Shown: one piece after another, positions 1 through 9,445 of the stretch
How the letters are laid out: each line of letters opens with the position of its first letter
How positions within the stretch are numbered: the first letter of the stretch is position 1
Assembly (NCBI GenBank): GCA_041390865.1
Contig: JAWKPC010000003.1
Location: forward strand, 342,484-406,483
Direction: 5' to 3'
DNA: 64,000 nucleotides
Source of the DNA: Thermomicrobiales bacterium
GTDB lineage: Bacteria; Chloroflexota; Chloroflexia; Thermomicrobiales; CFX8
Program-made: the position numbers and the translations under genes
The notes under the pieces: generated by a model
The model's database searches: none
Seen by the model: the letters and a program-made list of their open reading frames with translations, nothing else
What the model was told of the DNA's origin: nothing

Positions 1-528
1 TCGGGATCGCTGTGAAATTGAACCCGCCGTCGGACTGGCTCTCGTCGGAATCCGGCCGACCGTCCCGCCCATGACGTAGATCTCATCGACGCCGGAGAGA
101 GCGGTCGGGTCTTCGACCAGTAACCCGCCGATGTTTGTCAACGGCCCGATCGCGACCAACCCCTTCAGGACATCCGATGGCTGTTTGCACCAGCGGCGCA
201 GCTGGTCCTTCGCGTCTCCCGCGGCCGACGACAACGGCTCCGGCAGTGCGGGCTCGCTGTCCGCCATATCACCATGGAGAGTCGAACCCGGCACGAGCGT
301 ACGCCTCAACGGTGCCGACGCCCCCCGGTAGACCGGCACCGTATCGATGCCAGCCACGGCAAGCACTCGCAGCGCATTCGAGGTAGCGCGATCGATCGAG
401 ACATTCCCAGCGACGGTCGTGATGAAGTCCAGCTGAATGCTGGCGCAGCCGAGAGCGGCCAGAATCGCCAGGGCATCGTCCCGCCCGGGATCGCAGTCGA
501 TGACTATCCGCGGCGGTGGTTGCGTCAT
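1..528 (-). CDS. Nucleoside hydrolase (inosine/uridine-preferring family), 3' end runs off the window
   Basis: Absent from the ORF track because it reaches the window edge. Reverse complement from ATG at 528 reads MTQPPPRIVIDCDPGRDDALAILAALGCASIQLDFITTVAGNVSIDRATSNALRVLAVAGIDTVPVYRGA. It carries the N-terminal DxDxxxDD aspartate cluster and T.V.GN motif of IU-nucleoside hydrolases. Confidence 0.8.
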   Translation of the reverse strand, partial: MTQPPPRIVIDCDPGRDDALAILAALGCASIQLDFITTVAGNVSIDRATSNALRVLAVAGIDTVPVYRGASAPLRRTLVPGSTLHGDMADSEPALPEPLSSAAGDAKDQLRRWCKQPSDVLKGLVAIGPLTNIGGLLVEDPTALSGVDEIYVMGGTVGRIPTRASPTAGSISQRSR

Positions 529-540
529 CCGACGGACCGT

Positions 541-1134
541 CTACTTCGCGTCGAGATCGATCCAGGTTTCCGAGAAGGCGAGGAAGCACGAGCTTCCCGG
601 CTTGCCATCATCATCCGTGCGGGTTCGAACCTCTCCCTGAACTGGCTGATTGTTAATCATCACCTGCGCCTCGTTGCAGGGGCAGATAACGGTCATCAGA
701 TCCCAGTTCGTACCGCCGAGCTCGTGGTTCTGCCGGAGCACCTGCTGGTAGTCGGCAACATCCCACCAGACCAGCTCGACGACGCCGCTTCCGTCGTTAC
801 AGACAACCCGGTGATACCAGCGGCTGTCCGATTCCTGGAAGAAGCGAGCGTGGGTCGGTTCCATGTCCTCGAAACCCAGATCGCTGAAGCCGCCGAAGTG
901 GCGGGTGAACCGCTCGGTCACGAGCTTCGCCATGGCCGGGTTGTCGGTGTAGATCGCGTGCGGCGCGAGATCGCCGAGGCCCGAGCCCTCCGGATCGACC
1001 CAGATCAGCATCGCGTTTCCCTCGCCGTGCTCCGAATAAACGCAACGCCAGTAGCTGACGGCCGCGACTCTATCCTCGGTTCCAGGGCGAAAGAGTGTCA
1101 ATCCCGGATTCTCACCGGAAAACACGACGGTCAT
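541..1134 (-). CDS. Hypothetical protein (197 aa), likely co-transcribed with the nucleoside hydrolase
   Basis: Clean ORF with balanced composition. Its stop lies 13 nt upstream of the hydrolase start. No family recognised. Confidence 0.6.
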   Translation of the reverse strand: MTVVFSGENPGLTLFRPGTEDRVAAVSYWRCVYSEHGEGNAMLIWVDPEGSGLGDLAPHAIYTDNPAMAKLVTERFTRHFGGFSDLGFEDMEPTHARFFQESDSRWYHRVVCNDGSGVVELVWWDVADYQQVLRQNHELGGTNWDLMTVICPCNEAQVMINNQPVQGEVRTRTDDDGKPGSSCFLAFSETWIDLDAK

Positions 1135-1244
1135 GTTGCGGTCCCTCCATTGGCTGGATATTGCAGTAGATCCCTGCCAATCCTAGCCCAGCCGCAGTCG
1201 ATCGCCGATCCTTCCGGGCACGGTAAATCTCCCCGATACAGAAG

Positions 1245-1272
1245 AGCCGCCTGCCGGGTTAGGCAGGCGGCT
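1245..1272 (-). terminator. Hairpin downstream of the L,D-transpeptidase gene
   Basis: agccgcctgcc / ggcaggcggct form an 11-bp stem with a 6-nt loop. It is followed on the minus strand by cttctgt. Confidence 0.5.
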
Positions 1273-1292
1273 CGGAGGTTCGCGGAAGGGGA

Positions 1293-2702
1293 TCAGAAGT
1301 GGATCGAGACCACCGACCCGACGCCGAGATGATTCCAGAAGTCGAGCGCATCGGTGTTCATCAAGCCAACGCAGCCGTTCGAGCTGAACTGGCCGAACGC
1401 CGATTCGGGCGTCCAGTAGTTGCCGTGGACGGCGAATCCGCCCGCGAGGAAGTACTGGGTGTACTTCACATTCTCCAGGTAGTAGTACTCCGGATGTCCG
1501 GGCGGGAACCCGACCGTCGCCGAATCCATCGTCTCGTTCTCGACCCGGTACTGAACACTGAAGACGCCCTTCGGCGTTCTGTCGCCGCGGCCGGCCGTAA
1601 TGATCGCCACGTAACGCGGTGTATCTCCCACGTAGGCGATGGCCCAGAATTCGGACAGATTCACATCGATCCAGGCTCCGGCGTAGACCTGCGGCGGCGC
1701 CGGCACGATCAGCGGGTCGACAAAGACAGCCGGTACGTATCCGCCCGTATCAAGCGAGTACCAGCCTGCCACCCCCTTGACCGGCTCTCCGGCGACGAGC
1801 TCGGTCAGCTGCAACGGGCGACGGCGATAAACGACGTCGACGATTTCGGCGTTCGTGTTCGGCTCGGAGCGGACATTCAGGACGTCGGTCTCGACGAACG
1901 CCCAGCGGCCGTCCTCACCGTTCGCCAGCGCGTCGCCCCAGCGGGCATCGAACAGGCCCGGATCGAACTCGACCGCATCTCCGGCCCGGTCGAAGCCCTT
2001 GGTATCGACCCGGCGGGATTCGGCGTACTCCCGGCCCAGGTGGCCGAGCAACACTTCATACTCGGTTCCGGCGTTCTCCGGATGCCACTCCAGGCGAGCG
2101 CGCTCGAAGTACTGGACGTTGTAGCCGCCCTCCTCGAATTCCTCGGAGATCGGGAATCCGAAGACGGCAACGCCGCCATTTTCATCCCAGTACTTCTTGA
2201 ATCCGTTCGCGAGCGTGTGGCTCGTCTCTTCGAAGTAGTAGAAGTCCTCGTTCGGCTCGTAGCCTTCGAGCACGACCGGCAGGAAGGGACGCCGATCGCG
2301 CACTTCCTGCGCCTTCCAGATCCCGAGCAATGTCCCCTGGACTACCCAGTCAGGATGTTTCTCGGCATTTTCCGGCCAGAGCTCGAGCCGGGCTCGCTCG
2401 AAGTACTGAACGATCCGGCCGTTCTCCGACACCGGGTCGGTAATCGGGAAGCCATAGATCGTGAAATCCCCATTGTTAAGCCAGGTCTTGAGCATCTCAC
2501 CAGAGAGATGATGCTGGGTTTCCGGGAAATAGGCCTTTCGGGGAGTGAAATCGGGAGTCTGGCCGATCGTCGGAGCCTGCGCGCTCGCCGTCTGCGGCGG
2601 TATCGCCGTCGCCAGTGAACCGGCAAGCGCGACGAGCGCAACAACCGCCAGCAGGCGCTGGCGGAAATTTCGACGAACGACAGATCGATTCTCTGGTGGC
2701 AT
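1293..2702 (-). CDS. Secreted L,D-transpeptidase (YkuD domain) with SH3b-like segment and two wall-binding-like repeats
   Basis: N-terminal signal peptide. C-terminal HGNYW...SSNGCVGL catalytic His/Cys motif. Two roughly 70-aa repeats end in QYFERARLELWPEN and QYFERARLEWHPEN. Confidence 0.85.
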   Translation of the reverse strand: MPPENRSVVRRNFRQRLLAVVALVALAGSLATAIPPQTASAQAPTIGQTPDFTPRKAYFPETQHHLSGEMLKTWLNNGDFTIYGFPITDPVSENGRIVQYFERARLELWPENAEKHPDWVVQGTLLGIWKAQEVRDRRPFLPVVLEGYEPNEDFYYFEETSHTLANGFKKYWDENGGVAVFGFPISEEFEEGGYNVQYFERARLEWHPENAGTEYEVLLGHLGREYAESRRVDTKGFDRAGDAVEFDPGLFDARWGDALANGEDGRWAFVETDVLNVRSEPNTNAEIVDVVYRRRPLQLTELVAGEPVKGVAGWYSLDTGGYVPAVFVDPLIVPAPPQVYAGAWIDVNLSEFWAIAYVGDTPRYVAIITAGRGDRTPKGVFSVQYRVENETMDSATVGFPPGHPEYYYLENVKYTQYFLAGGFAVHGNYWTPESAFGQFSSNGCVGLMNTDALDFWNHLGVGSVVSIHF

Positions 2703-3019
2703 CCTGGCGATTCACCTTCCGCGCATGAACTATCTGCGAGACAATTCTTATCCAGCCCCCGGCGTCGAATTGTAACGCACGAATCTTACGCGTCAGTAAC
2801 TTGAATTACCGCCGCTCGGGACGCTGATCAGCCGGTCCGCACCAAGTGGACCGAGGCCTCGTTTACTTTAGTAATGCTTGATGGTTTAGTTCAGTTACAA
2901 TTGTGGAATGTGGTCGTGTCTTCCGATCATCTAAGGTCGGATGGCATGACTGTATTTTGTATTCAATCACCCGGACGAGCAATCAACAATTCGATCGATC
3001 TTGAGGAGACCAGAACCCT

Positions 3020-4351
3020 ATGGTGGTTCGACGAGAATCCACGGCAGTCGCTGAGGTTGAGAAGACCGGCGCAATCCCTGCCCCGGCCGCCCAGCCGGCC
3101 ACCGCGCCCGCAACGCAAGCCGATGAGGGCCAGCGCTGGTGGGAGCGAACGTTCGATTCGCTCAAGGAGCGAGACTTCCGGCTACTCTGGTTCGGCATGC
3201 TCCCGAGCACCCTGGCAATGCAGATGGGCATGGTTACCAATGGGTACCTCGCTTACGAGATAACCGGCTCGGCAGCCGCCGTCGGATTTGTCACGCTCGG
3301 CTTCGGCATACCGATGCTCTTCCTGTCGCTTGTCGGCGGGGTCGTCGCGGACCGCCTCTCGAAGCGCCAGATTCTCATGGCCACCCAGAGCGTCGTCGGC
3401 TTGGCTGCGTTGATCCTGTCCGTGCTCGTCCTCACCGATCTGATCCAGATCTGGCACATGACCCTGGTCGCACTGATGATGGGCACCGCGTTCGCCTTTA
3501 ACATGCCGGCTCGCCAGGCGTTCGTCGGCGAACTGGTCGGCAAGGACCGGCTAACCAACGCCGTCGCGCTGAACAACACCGGCATGAACATGGCGCGTGT
3601 CCTCGGTCCATCGATCGCCGGCGCATTGATCGGCATCGCCTTCGTCGGAATCGGCGGCGTCTATCTGATCATGACGGCCATGTACGTTGGCGTCGTCTTC
3701 ACGATTTCCCGACTGCCGGACAAGGGTGTGCGCCCCGGCTCGAACAGCCGCCGCGGGATCGACTCGCTCCTGGACGGCGTGAAATACATCCGGCACAACC
3801 GCGTGCTCTCGGCCCTGATGCTGCTGGCGTTCGCCCCGACGCTCCTCGGCATGTCCTACCAATCCTTGATGCCGGTCTTCGCGGAGGATGTTTTCAGCGT
3901 CGGCCCGAGCGGACTGGGATTACTGATGACGGTCAACGGGATCGGCGCGCTGGTCGGGTCTCTCGTCGTCGCGACGTTCAGCAATTTCAGACGGCGCGGC
4001 ATTCTTCAGGTCGCCCTCGGCGTGACCTTCGGGCTTTCGCTGGCAGCCTTCGCGTTCAGCCAGTCGCTGGCGATCGCATTCCCGACACTCGTCATCATCG
4101 GCGGCGCCTCGGCAGCCTATATGGCGCTCAACATGTCGCTGGTGATGGGCTACTCGGAGCCGGAGTATCACGGGAGGGTTATGTCGATCAACATGATGAC
4201 CTTCTCGCTGATGCCGCTCTCGGTCGTGCCGACCGGCTATCTCGTCGACATGTTCGGCGCGCCAACGGTCATCGGTTGTGCCGGACTGCTGCTGGCGGCG
4301 ATCGTCGCAGCCTATGGTACGCTCCATCCCTCCTACCGCAAGGTCGAATAG
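3020..4351 (+). CDS. MFS transporter
   Basis: About 12 hydrophobic segments and an FRLLWFG...ADRLSKR MFS signature region. GAGGAG lies 11 nt upstream of the ATG. Confidence 0.85.
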   Translation: MVVRRESTAVAEVEKTGAIPAPAAQPATAPATQADEGQRWWERTFDSLKERDFRLLWFGMLPSTLAMQMGMVTNGYLAYEITGSAAAVGFVTLGFGIPMLFLSLVGGVVADRLSKRQILMATQSVVGLAALILSVLVLTDLIQIWHMTLVALMMGTAFAFNMPARQAFVGELVGKDRLTNAVALNNTGMNMARVLGPSIAGALIGIAFVGIGGVYLIMTAMYVGVVFTISRLPDKGVRPGSNSRRGIDSLLDGVKYIRHNRVLSALMLLAFAPTLLGMSYQSLMPVFAEDVFSVGPSGLGLLMTVNGIGALVGSLVVATFSNFRRRGILQVALGVTFGLSLAAFAFSQSLAIAFPTLVIIGGASAAYMALNMSLVMGYSEPEYHGRVMSINMMTFSLMPLSVVPTGYLVDMFGAPTVIGCAGLLLAAIVAAYGTLHPSYRKVE

Positions 4352-4378
4352 CCGGACCGAATCCAGGTACCAACGCAT

Positions 4379-4405
4379 AAGAAGGGCGTCGTTGACGCCC
4401 TTCTT
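4379..4405 (+). terminator. Hairpin after the MFS gene
   Basis: aagaagggcgt / acgcccttctt form an 11-bp stem with a 5-nt loop, 28 nt after the stop. Confidence 0.5.
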
Positions 4406-4460
4406 GGGTTAAGCTGGAAAGCTGATAAACCGATTTCGATGACACTGTTCGGAGCCGCCT

Positions 4461-5813
4461 ATGCCAGAGATAACCGACGCAGAGCTCGACCGCTTCGAAG
4501 GGCGGCTGGACGACTGGGACACGAAGGGGCTCTGGATCATCTTCCACGACTACAGCGCCCGTTCCTGCGCGAAGTGGATCCCTCGAGGTTCCGTCCCGTC
4601 GGCCCTACGGCGCGGCGCGATCTTAGCGCGCGCCCAACTCCACTTCACGATCGACGATCACCAGGTTCCCGAACCGCGCTTCGGCGCCGACTCGGGGGAT
4701 TTCTTCGCCGTTCCAGATCACAACACCCTCGTCCCGGTTCCCTACCATCCTGCCACCGCCAGGGTCCACAGCTGGATGCGAACCGAGGACGGCGAGAAGT
4801 GGGAGGGATGTCCGCGAACGCGGCTCGCCGACCAGCTAGACCGGCTCGCGGAGCGCGGCTTCAGCGCCCAGGTCGCCTTCGAACCCGAGTTCTCGCTCTA
4901 TCGCCCGGCGCCGGACGGCTCGCTCGAGCCTGTCGACTACCACGCGATGTACAGCGTCGACCGGATCAACGATCAGTTCGACCTGCTCAGCCGGATTCAG
5001 GACGCTCTGGACCAGCAGGGCGTCGATGTCATACAGATCGGCTCCGAATACGGCAAGGGACAGCTGGAGATCAACTTCGACCATCATCATCCGATCAAGG
5101 CCGCTGACGATCTTCTGGTCTTCCGCGACACGGTCCGGGCGCTTGCGCGCGAGGATGGACTGGTCGCGACATTCATGCCCAAGCCCCGCGCCGACGCGGC
5201 CGGCAACGGCCTCCACGTCCACCTGTCCCTCTGGAACGAGGCGGGCGACGAGGACCGATCGACCGGCTACAGCCACCTCGGGCTCTCGGAGGACATGAGC
5301 CACTTCATCGGCGGCGTGCTGGCCGATGCTCCTGCGATCTGCGGCGTCGCCGCACCGACGGTGAACTCATACAAGCGGCTCCAGCCTGCCTCCTGGGCGC
5401 CGGCCCATATCGCCTATGCGTCCGGCAATCGCTCGGCGCTGGTGAGGATTCCCGGGGCGAGCCGGCGGCGGCTCGAATTCCGCTCGGGGGACAACACTTC
5501 GAATCCCTATCTGCTGCTGACGGCGTTGATCGCAGCCGGTATCGAGGGCATGGACGAGAAAATCGACCCGGGCGCGCCGGCCGCCGAGGATCTCGGGCAT
5601 ACGGGCAGGAGCGAGCTGGAACAGGAGGGCATCCGATTCCTACCTCGCACCGCCGGCGAAGCATTGGATGCTGTCGAGAACTCCCGGGTCGTGATGGATG
5701 CGCTCGGGCCGGTCTGCGGCCCCGAATTGCTACGCGTCAAACGATATGAGCTCGCGCGCTACGACGTCGAAGTCGGAGATTGGGAGCGCGACGTGTATAT
5801 GGAGCGAGTATGA
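4461..5813 (+). CDS. Glutamine synthetase family protein (gamma-glutamyl-amine ligase-like)
   Basis: Motifs FEPEFSLY, GNGLHVHLSLW, NSYKRL and RIPG..RRLEFRSGDNTSNPYL match GS catalytic-domain motifs. Confidence 0.9.
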   Translation: MPEITDAELDRFEGRLDDWDTKGLWIIFHDYSARSCAKWIPRGSVPSALRRGAILARAQLHFTIDDHQVPEPRFGADSGDFFAVPDHNTLVPVPYHPATARVHSWMRTEDGEKWEGCPRTRLADQLDRLAERGFSAQVAFEPEFSLYRPAPDGSLEPVDYHAMYSVDRINDQFDLLSRIQDALDQQGVDVIQIGSEYGKGQLEINFDHHHPIKAADDLLVFRDTVRALAREDGLVATFMPKPRADAAGNGLHVHLSLWNEAGDEDRSTGYSHLGLSEDMSHFIGGVLADAPAICGVAAPTVNSYKRLQPASWAPAHIAYASGNRSALVRIPGASRRRLEFRSGDNTSNPYLLLTALIAAGIEGMDEKIDPGAPAAEDLGHTGRSELEQEGIRFLPRTAGEALDAVENSRVVMDALGPVCGPELLRVKRYELARYDVEVGDWERDVYMERV

Positions 5814-6958
5814 CGATTTCAGAGGAGATTCAGGGAATTCCGTTCGAGGATCACCACGTCCACGCGCCGGAGAAGGTCCACCAGCTTGAAACCGCCGGAT
5901 TCCGACGGCCGTTCACCGAGTCAGCGATCCCGGCCTCATGGAGCGGCCCGCTGGCGTCCCAGCTTGGATACCGGTGGATGGTCAAGGAACTGGCGAAGGT
6001 GCTGGGCGTCGACAACGACGAGGCGACGGTCATCGCTTCGCGCAACGCCAAGGACGAGCAGGAATATCATCGGCTGCTTGCCGACGCCGCCAACCTCGGC
6101 GACTCGTATGCCGACTATCTGTTCGCGCTCGACACGAGCTACCGGCCCGAAGAGTGGTCCGAACTCCTTGGCGGCCGCCCCGTCCACAAGCTGCTGCGCG
6201 TCGAAGTGTTCGTCGAAACGGTCCACGAGGAGTGTTCGACCCTGGACGAGGCGCTGGATCGGCTGACTTTCGAGATCCGGAACGCGGCATCGAACGGCAT
6301 CGTTGGTCTGAAGAGCATCGCCGGCTATCGGGTAGGTCTGGATATCGAGGCGCCGACGGCATCGCAACGACGCAAAGCGGCGATCAGCTACGCGAAGTTC
6401 CGGGAAGAGAAGGCCAGCGGGGTCCCGACACGCATCGACGACAAGGTGCTCGTCGACACGATCGTCTGGTCGGCGTTCGAGGCAGCGGCACCGCTCGCGC
6501 TACCTATCCAGTTCCACGTTGCCTTCGGCGATGACGACATCGTCCTGACGAAGAACGACCCGTCGCTCATGCGCGCCCTGCTCAAGAACGAAGATTTCCG
6601 GACCGTTCCGATCGTTCTCCTCCATTGCTATCCCTACCACCGCACGGCGGGCTACCTGGCGAGCCTCTACCCCAATGTCTTCGTCGATCTTGGTCTGACG
6701 ATCCCCATTGCCGGCCATGGGTCAGCCAGGATACTCGCCGAGACGCTCGAGCTGACGCCGGTCGATCAGCTGCTCGCGTCGACTGACGGCCACATGACGC
6801 CGGAATTCCAGTGGTTCGGAGTACACGTCTGGCGCTGGGCGCTCGAGAAAGTGCTCGGCGAACTAACGGACGATAAGATCGTCGATGCTGATGAGTCGAT
6901 CGCGATCGCGCGGGCGATCATGCACGACAACACGAGGCGAATCTACCCGGTCGAGTAG
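5810..6958 (+). CDS. Amidohydrolase-family (TIM-barrel metal hydrolase) protein
   Basis: EDHHVHAP metal-binding HxH near the N-terminus. The ATG at 5810 overlaps the GS stop (ATGA), so I prefer it to the track start at 5780. Confidence 0.75.
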   Translation: MTISEEIQGIPFEDHHVHAPEKVHQLETAGFRRPFTESAIPASWSGPLASQLGYRWMVKELAKVLGVDNDEATVIASRNAKDEQEYHRLLADAANLGDSYADYLFALDTSYRPEEWSELLGGRPVHKLLRVEVFVETVHEECSTLDEALDRLTFEIRNAASNGIVGLKSIAGYRVGLDIEAPTASQRRKAAISYAKFREEKASGVPTRIDDKVLVDTIVWSAFEAAAPLALPIQFHVAFGDDDIVLTKNDPSLMRALLKNEDFRTVPIVLLHCYPYHRTAGYLASLYPNVFVDLGLTIPIAGHGSARILAETLELTPVDQLLASTDGHMTPEFQWFGVHVWRWALEKVLGELTDDKIVDADESIAIARAIMHDNTRRIYPVE

Positions 6959-6979
6959 CCGGGAACGAAACCGGCAGGA

Positions 6980-7291
6980 CTAACCGACGCTCTTGGTGAA
7001 GCGCTCGATCGCCTCCATGAGCTCGGTTGCCGCTGCCTCTTTGTCGTCCGCGGAAAGAACGCATCCGTGGATGTGGTCTTCAAGCACGACCAGTCCGATC
7101 GAGCGCGCCGCGGCGATGATCGAGGAGAGTTGAGTCAACACGTCGACACAGTACTTGTCTTCTTCGACCATTCGCTGAACGCCGCGGACCTGCCCCTCCA
7201 TACGCCGCAATCGCGCCAGAATCCGCGCCTTGTCGGCCTGATAGGAGTCGCTGTGCCGTTCGCCGGGAGTAGATGCCGCGTGTCTAGCCAT
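6980..7291 (-). CDS. CsoR/RcnR-family metal-sensing transcriptional repressor
   Basis: The C-terminal 90 aa read KARILARLRRMEGQVRGVQRMVEEDKYCVDVLTQLSSI..LEDHIHGCV. Start taken at internal Met (MARHAAS, cat at 7289-7291) because the upstream part of the track ORF is Arg/Ser junk. Confidence 0.8.
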   Translation of the reverse strand: MARHAASTPGERHSDSYQADKARILARLRRMEGQVRGVQRMVEEDKYCVDVLTQLSSIIAAARSIGLVVLEDHIHGCVLSADDKEAAATELMEAIERFTKSVG

Positions 7292-7331
7292 TCTTCGGAC
7301 CTTTCTCAATGAGCTGGCTGCCGACGACGAA

Positions 7332-8531
7332 TCAGATGGATTTCCCGCTCGCCTGACCGATCGCCCGGCCAAGTCGCCCGATCCCTTCGACGATGCGCTC
7401 GTCGGGTAGCGTCGTGAAGCCGAGCCGAATCGCCTCGACCGGGCGACGGTCGGGGTAGAAGAAGTAACCCGGCAGAAAACCGATGTGGTGGTCCGTTGCC
7501 GCGCCGAGAAGCGCCCGCGCCGTTGTGCCATCCGGAAGCTCGAGCCAGAGGAAGAACCCGCCCTCCGGACAGTTCCAGCGGACGCCGTCCGGCATCTCGC
7601 ATTCGAGTGCGGAGATCATCGCATCCCGCTTGCGCCGGTAGACCTCGATCGATTCACCGATGTGGTGATCCAGCCAGCCGTTCTGGCAGGCGCCGACGAT
7701 CATGCGCTGGACGAAGCGGTCGGACTGGATGTCCACCGCTTCCTTCCCGTCCAGGACGGACGGCCCGATAGCCGGCGGAAAGACCATCCAGCCGATCCGC
7801 AATGCCGGCATGATCGTCTTCGAGAACGTACCGAGATAGATGACGTTCGGATCATCGGCGACCAGCGGTTTCGGCGGGGCAGACTGAAACGTGAGTTCCC
7901 CATAGGGGTCATCCTCGATGATCGCGACCCCGGCCTCGCGGGCGATGTCGAGGATCTCGCTCCGACGCTCCGGACTGATCGTCGCGCCGGTCGGATTCTG
8001 ATAGATCGAGACGGTATAGATCGCTTTGACCCGATCATTCGCTTCGAGCAGATTCCGCAACTGCCCGGGGATAATGCCGTGCTCATCGACCGGGGCAACG
8101 AGATACTCGACCTCGAACGGATCGAATGCCTGGAGGGCGCCGAAATAGGTCGGCCCTTCGACGACAACCCGGTCACCGGGGTCGAAGAGAGCCCTCGCCA
8201 CGAGATCGATCCCCTGCTGTGAGCCATTGGTGATCAGGACCCGTTCCGGTCCCACGTCGACACCGCGCCTGGCCATACGCTCGCAGATCAGCTCCCGGAG
8301 CGGCAAATGACCATCTGCCTCGGCATAGACGGCAATCTCCCTGGCGTCCTCCCAGACATCAATACTGGCCTGCTTGAGCCGCTCCACCGGAATCCGCTCC
8401 GGCGGCGGCGTACCGCCGCCAAAGAAGATCAAATCCTCGGCCTTCATCATCGGTCGCAAGTCGACGAACGGCGACGGTCGCAGCGATGCGGCGCGCCGTG
8501 CCAACAGGTTATCCCACTGAATTGCGTTCAC
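7332..8531 (-). CDS. PLP-dependent aminotransferase, class I/II
   Basis: FSKTIMPALRIGWMV carries the PLP lysine context. Length is 399 aa, with overall fold-type-I aminotransferase pattern. Confidence 0.85.
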   Translation of the reverse strand: MNAIQWDNLLARRAASLRPSPFVDLRPMMKAEDLIFFGGGTPPPERIPVERLKQASIDVWEDAREIAVYAEADGHLPLRELICERMARRGVDVGPERVLITNGSQQGIDLVARALFDPGDRVVVEGPTYFGALQAFDPFEVEYLVAPVDEHGIIPGQLRNLLEANDRVKAIYTVSIYQNPTGATISPERRSEILDIAREAGVAIIEDDPYGELTFQSAPPKPLVADDPNVIYLGTFSKTIMPALRIGWMVFPPAIGPSVLDGKEAVDIQSDRFVQRMIVGACQNGWLDHHIGESIEVYRRKRDAMISALECEMPDGVRWNCPEGGFFLWLELPDGTTARALLGAATDHHIGFLPGYFFYPDRRPVEAIRLGFTTLPDERIVEGIGRLGRAIGQASGKSI

Positions 8532-8552
8532 TCCCGGCTTCCCTGGTACGGT

Positions 8553-9281
8553 CTAACTATCGATCAGTTCAATCTCTATGCGTTTGTTGCTCTTACCCTT
8601 CGAGCGAGTCCCGATCACCCGGATCTGCCCGACTTCCGATGTGTTCCGCACGTGCGTGCCGCCATCGGCCTGGAGATCGACACCCTCGATCTCGACAATC
8701 CGGACTTCCGCGATCTGCGGAGGCAGCAGGTTGATCTTCGTGCGAATCAGGTCGGGAATCTGGAATGCCTCTTCGCGCGGAACCGACCGCCAGTTCACCG
8801 GTCTCAAGCGACCCAGCTCCTCGTTGACCCGCTCCTCGATGTGGCGGACACGATCTTCGTTGAGGTCTTCCAGCTCGAAATCCATTCGCGCCTTATCAAG
8901 CTGGATGTTCGCGCCAGTCACCGATGCTCCGTACTCTTTGAAGATCACGCCGCACAGGACATGCAGCGCGGTATGCGTCCGCATCAGCTTGTGCCGGCGG
9001 TCCCAATCGATCTCGCCGACGACTTCATCGCCGATCTCCGGAGTTGTGTCGCCTTCGACGCGGTGAGCGACGGCTGGACCGCGCTTCCGGACATCCACGA
9101 CATTCCAGTTCGAGTCGCCCGCTCGCAGCACGCCGGTATCGTGCGGCTGACCGCCGCCGGTCGGATAGAAGAGCGTCCGGTCCAGGATGACGTCTCCGTC
9201 ATCGGTGAGGCCAACCACCGTCGCGCTGAACTCCGTCGCATACGAGTCATCCATATAGAGCAGCTTCGTTTCGACGGTCAT
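8553..9281 (-). CDS. alaX: Alanyl-tRNA editing protein AlaX-like (Thr/Ala-tRNA synthetase second additional domain)
   Basis: Zinc/editing motifs HTALHVL and GGTHV are present. Start taken at MTVETKLLYMDDSY (9281). Confidence 0.8.
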   Translation of the reverse strand: MTVETKLLYMDDSYATEFSATVVGLTDDGDVILDRTLFYPTGGGQPHDTGVLRAGDSNWNVVDVRKRGPAVAHRVEGDTTPEIGDEVVGEIDWDRRHKLMRTHTALHVLCGVIFKEYGASVTGANIQLDKARMDFELEDLNEDRVRHIEERVNEELGRLRPVNWRSVPREEAFQIPDLIRTKINLLPPQIAEVRIVEIEGVDLQADGGTHVRNTSEVGQIRVIGTRSKGKSNKRIEIELIDS

Positions 9282-9445
9282 GGTGCCTATCTCTCGATTC
9301 AAATTCATCCGAACCGGACATTCATATCCGAGACATGCGATCTCGATACTTGCCTTTGAGTCACAGTCCTGATACGATGTCCGAACTGGGTGTACGTACA
9401 CTCGTAATCACGGCGTACCTGCCCCGTTGAAAGGAGCGACGCCCT

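Noticed and set aside
606-630. tRNA-like T-arm string gggttcgaacc.
   Set aside because: There is no complementary T-stem, acceptor stem or anticodon arm around it. It lies inside a well-behaved CDS (541..1134).
2874-3263. 129-aa ORF in the divergent promoter region upstream of and overlapping the MFS gene.
   Set aside because: It starts in AT-rich non-coding DNA and runs out of frame through the MFS N-terminus. Its translation is low-complexity Arg/Pro/Ser.
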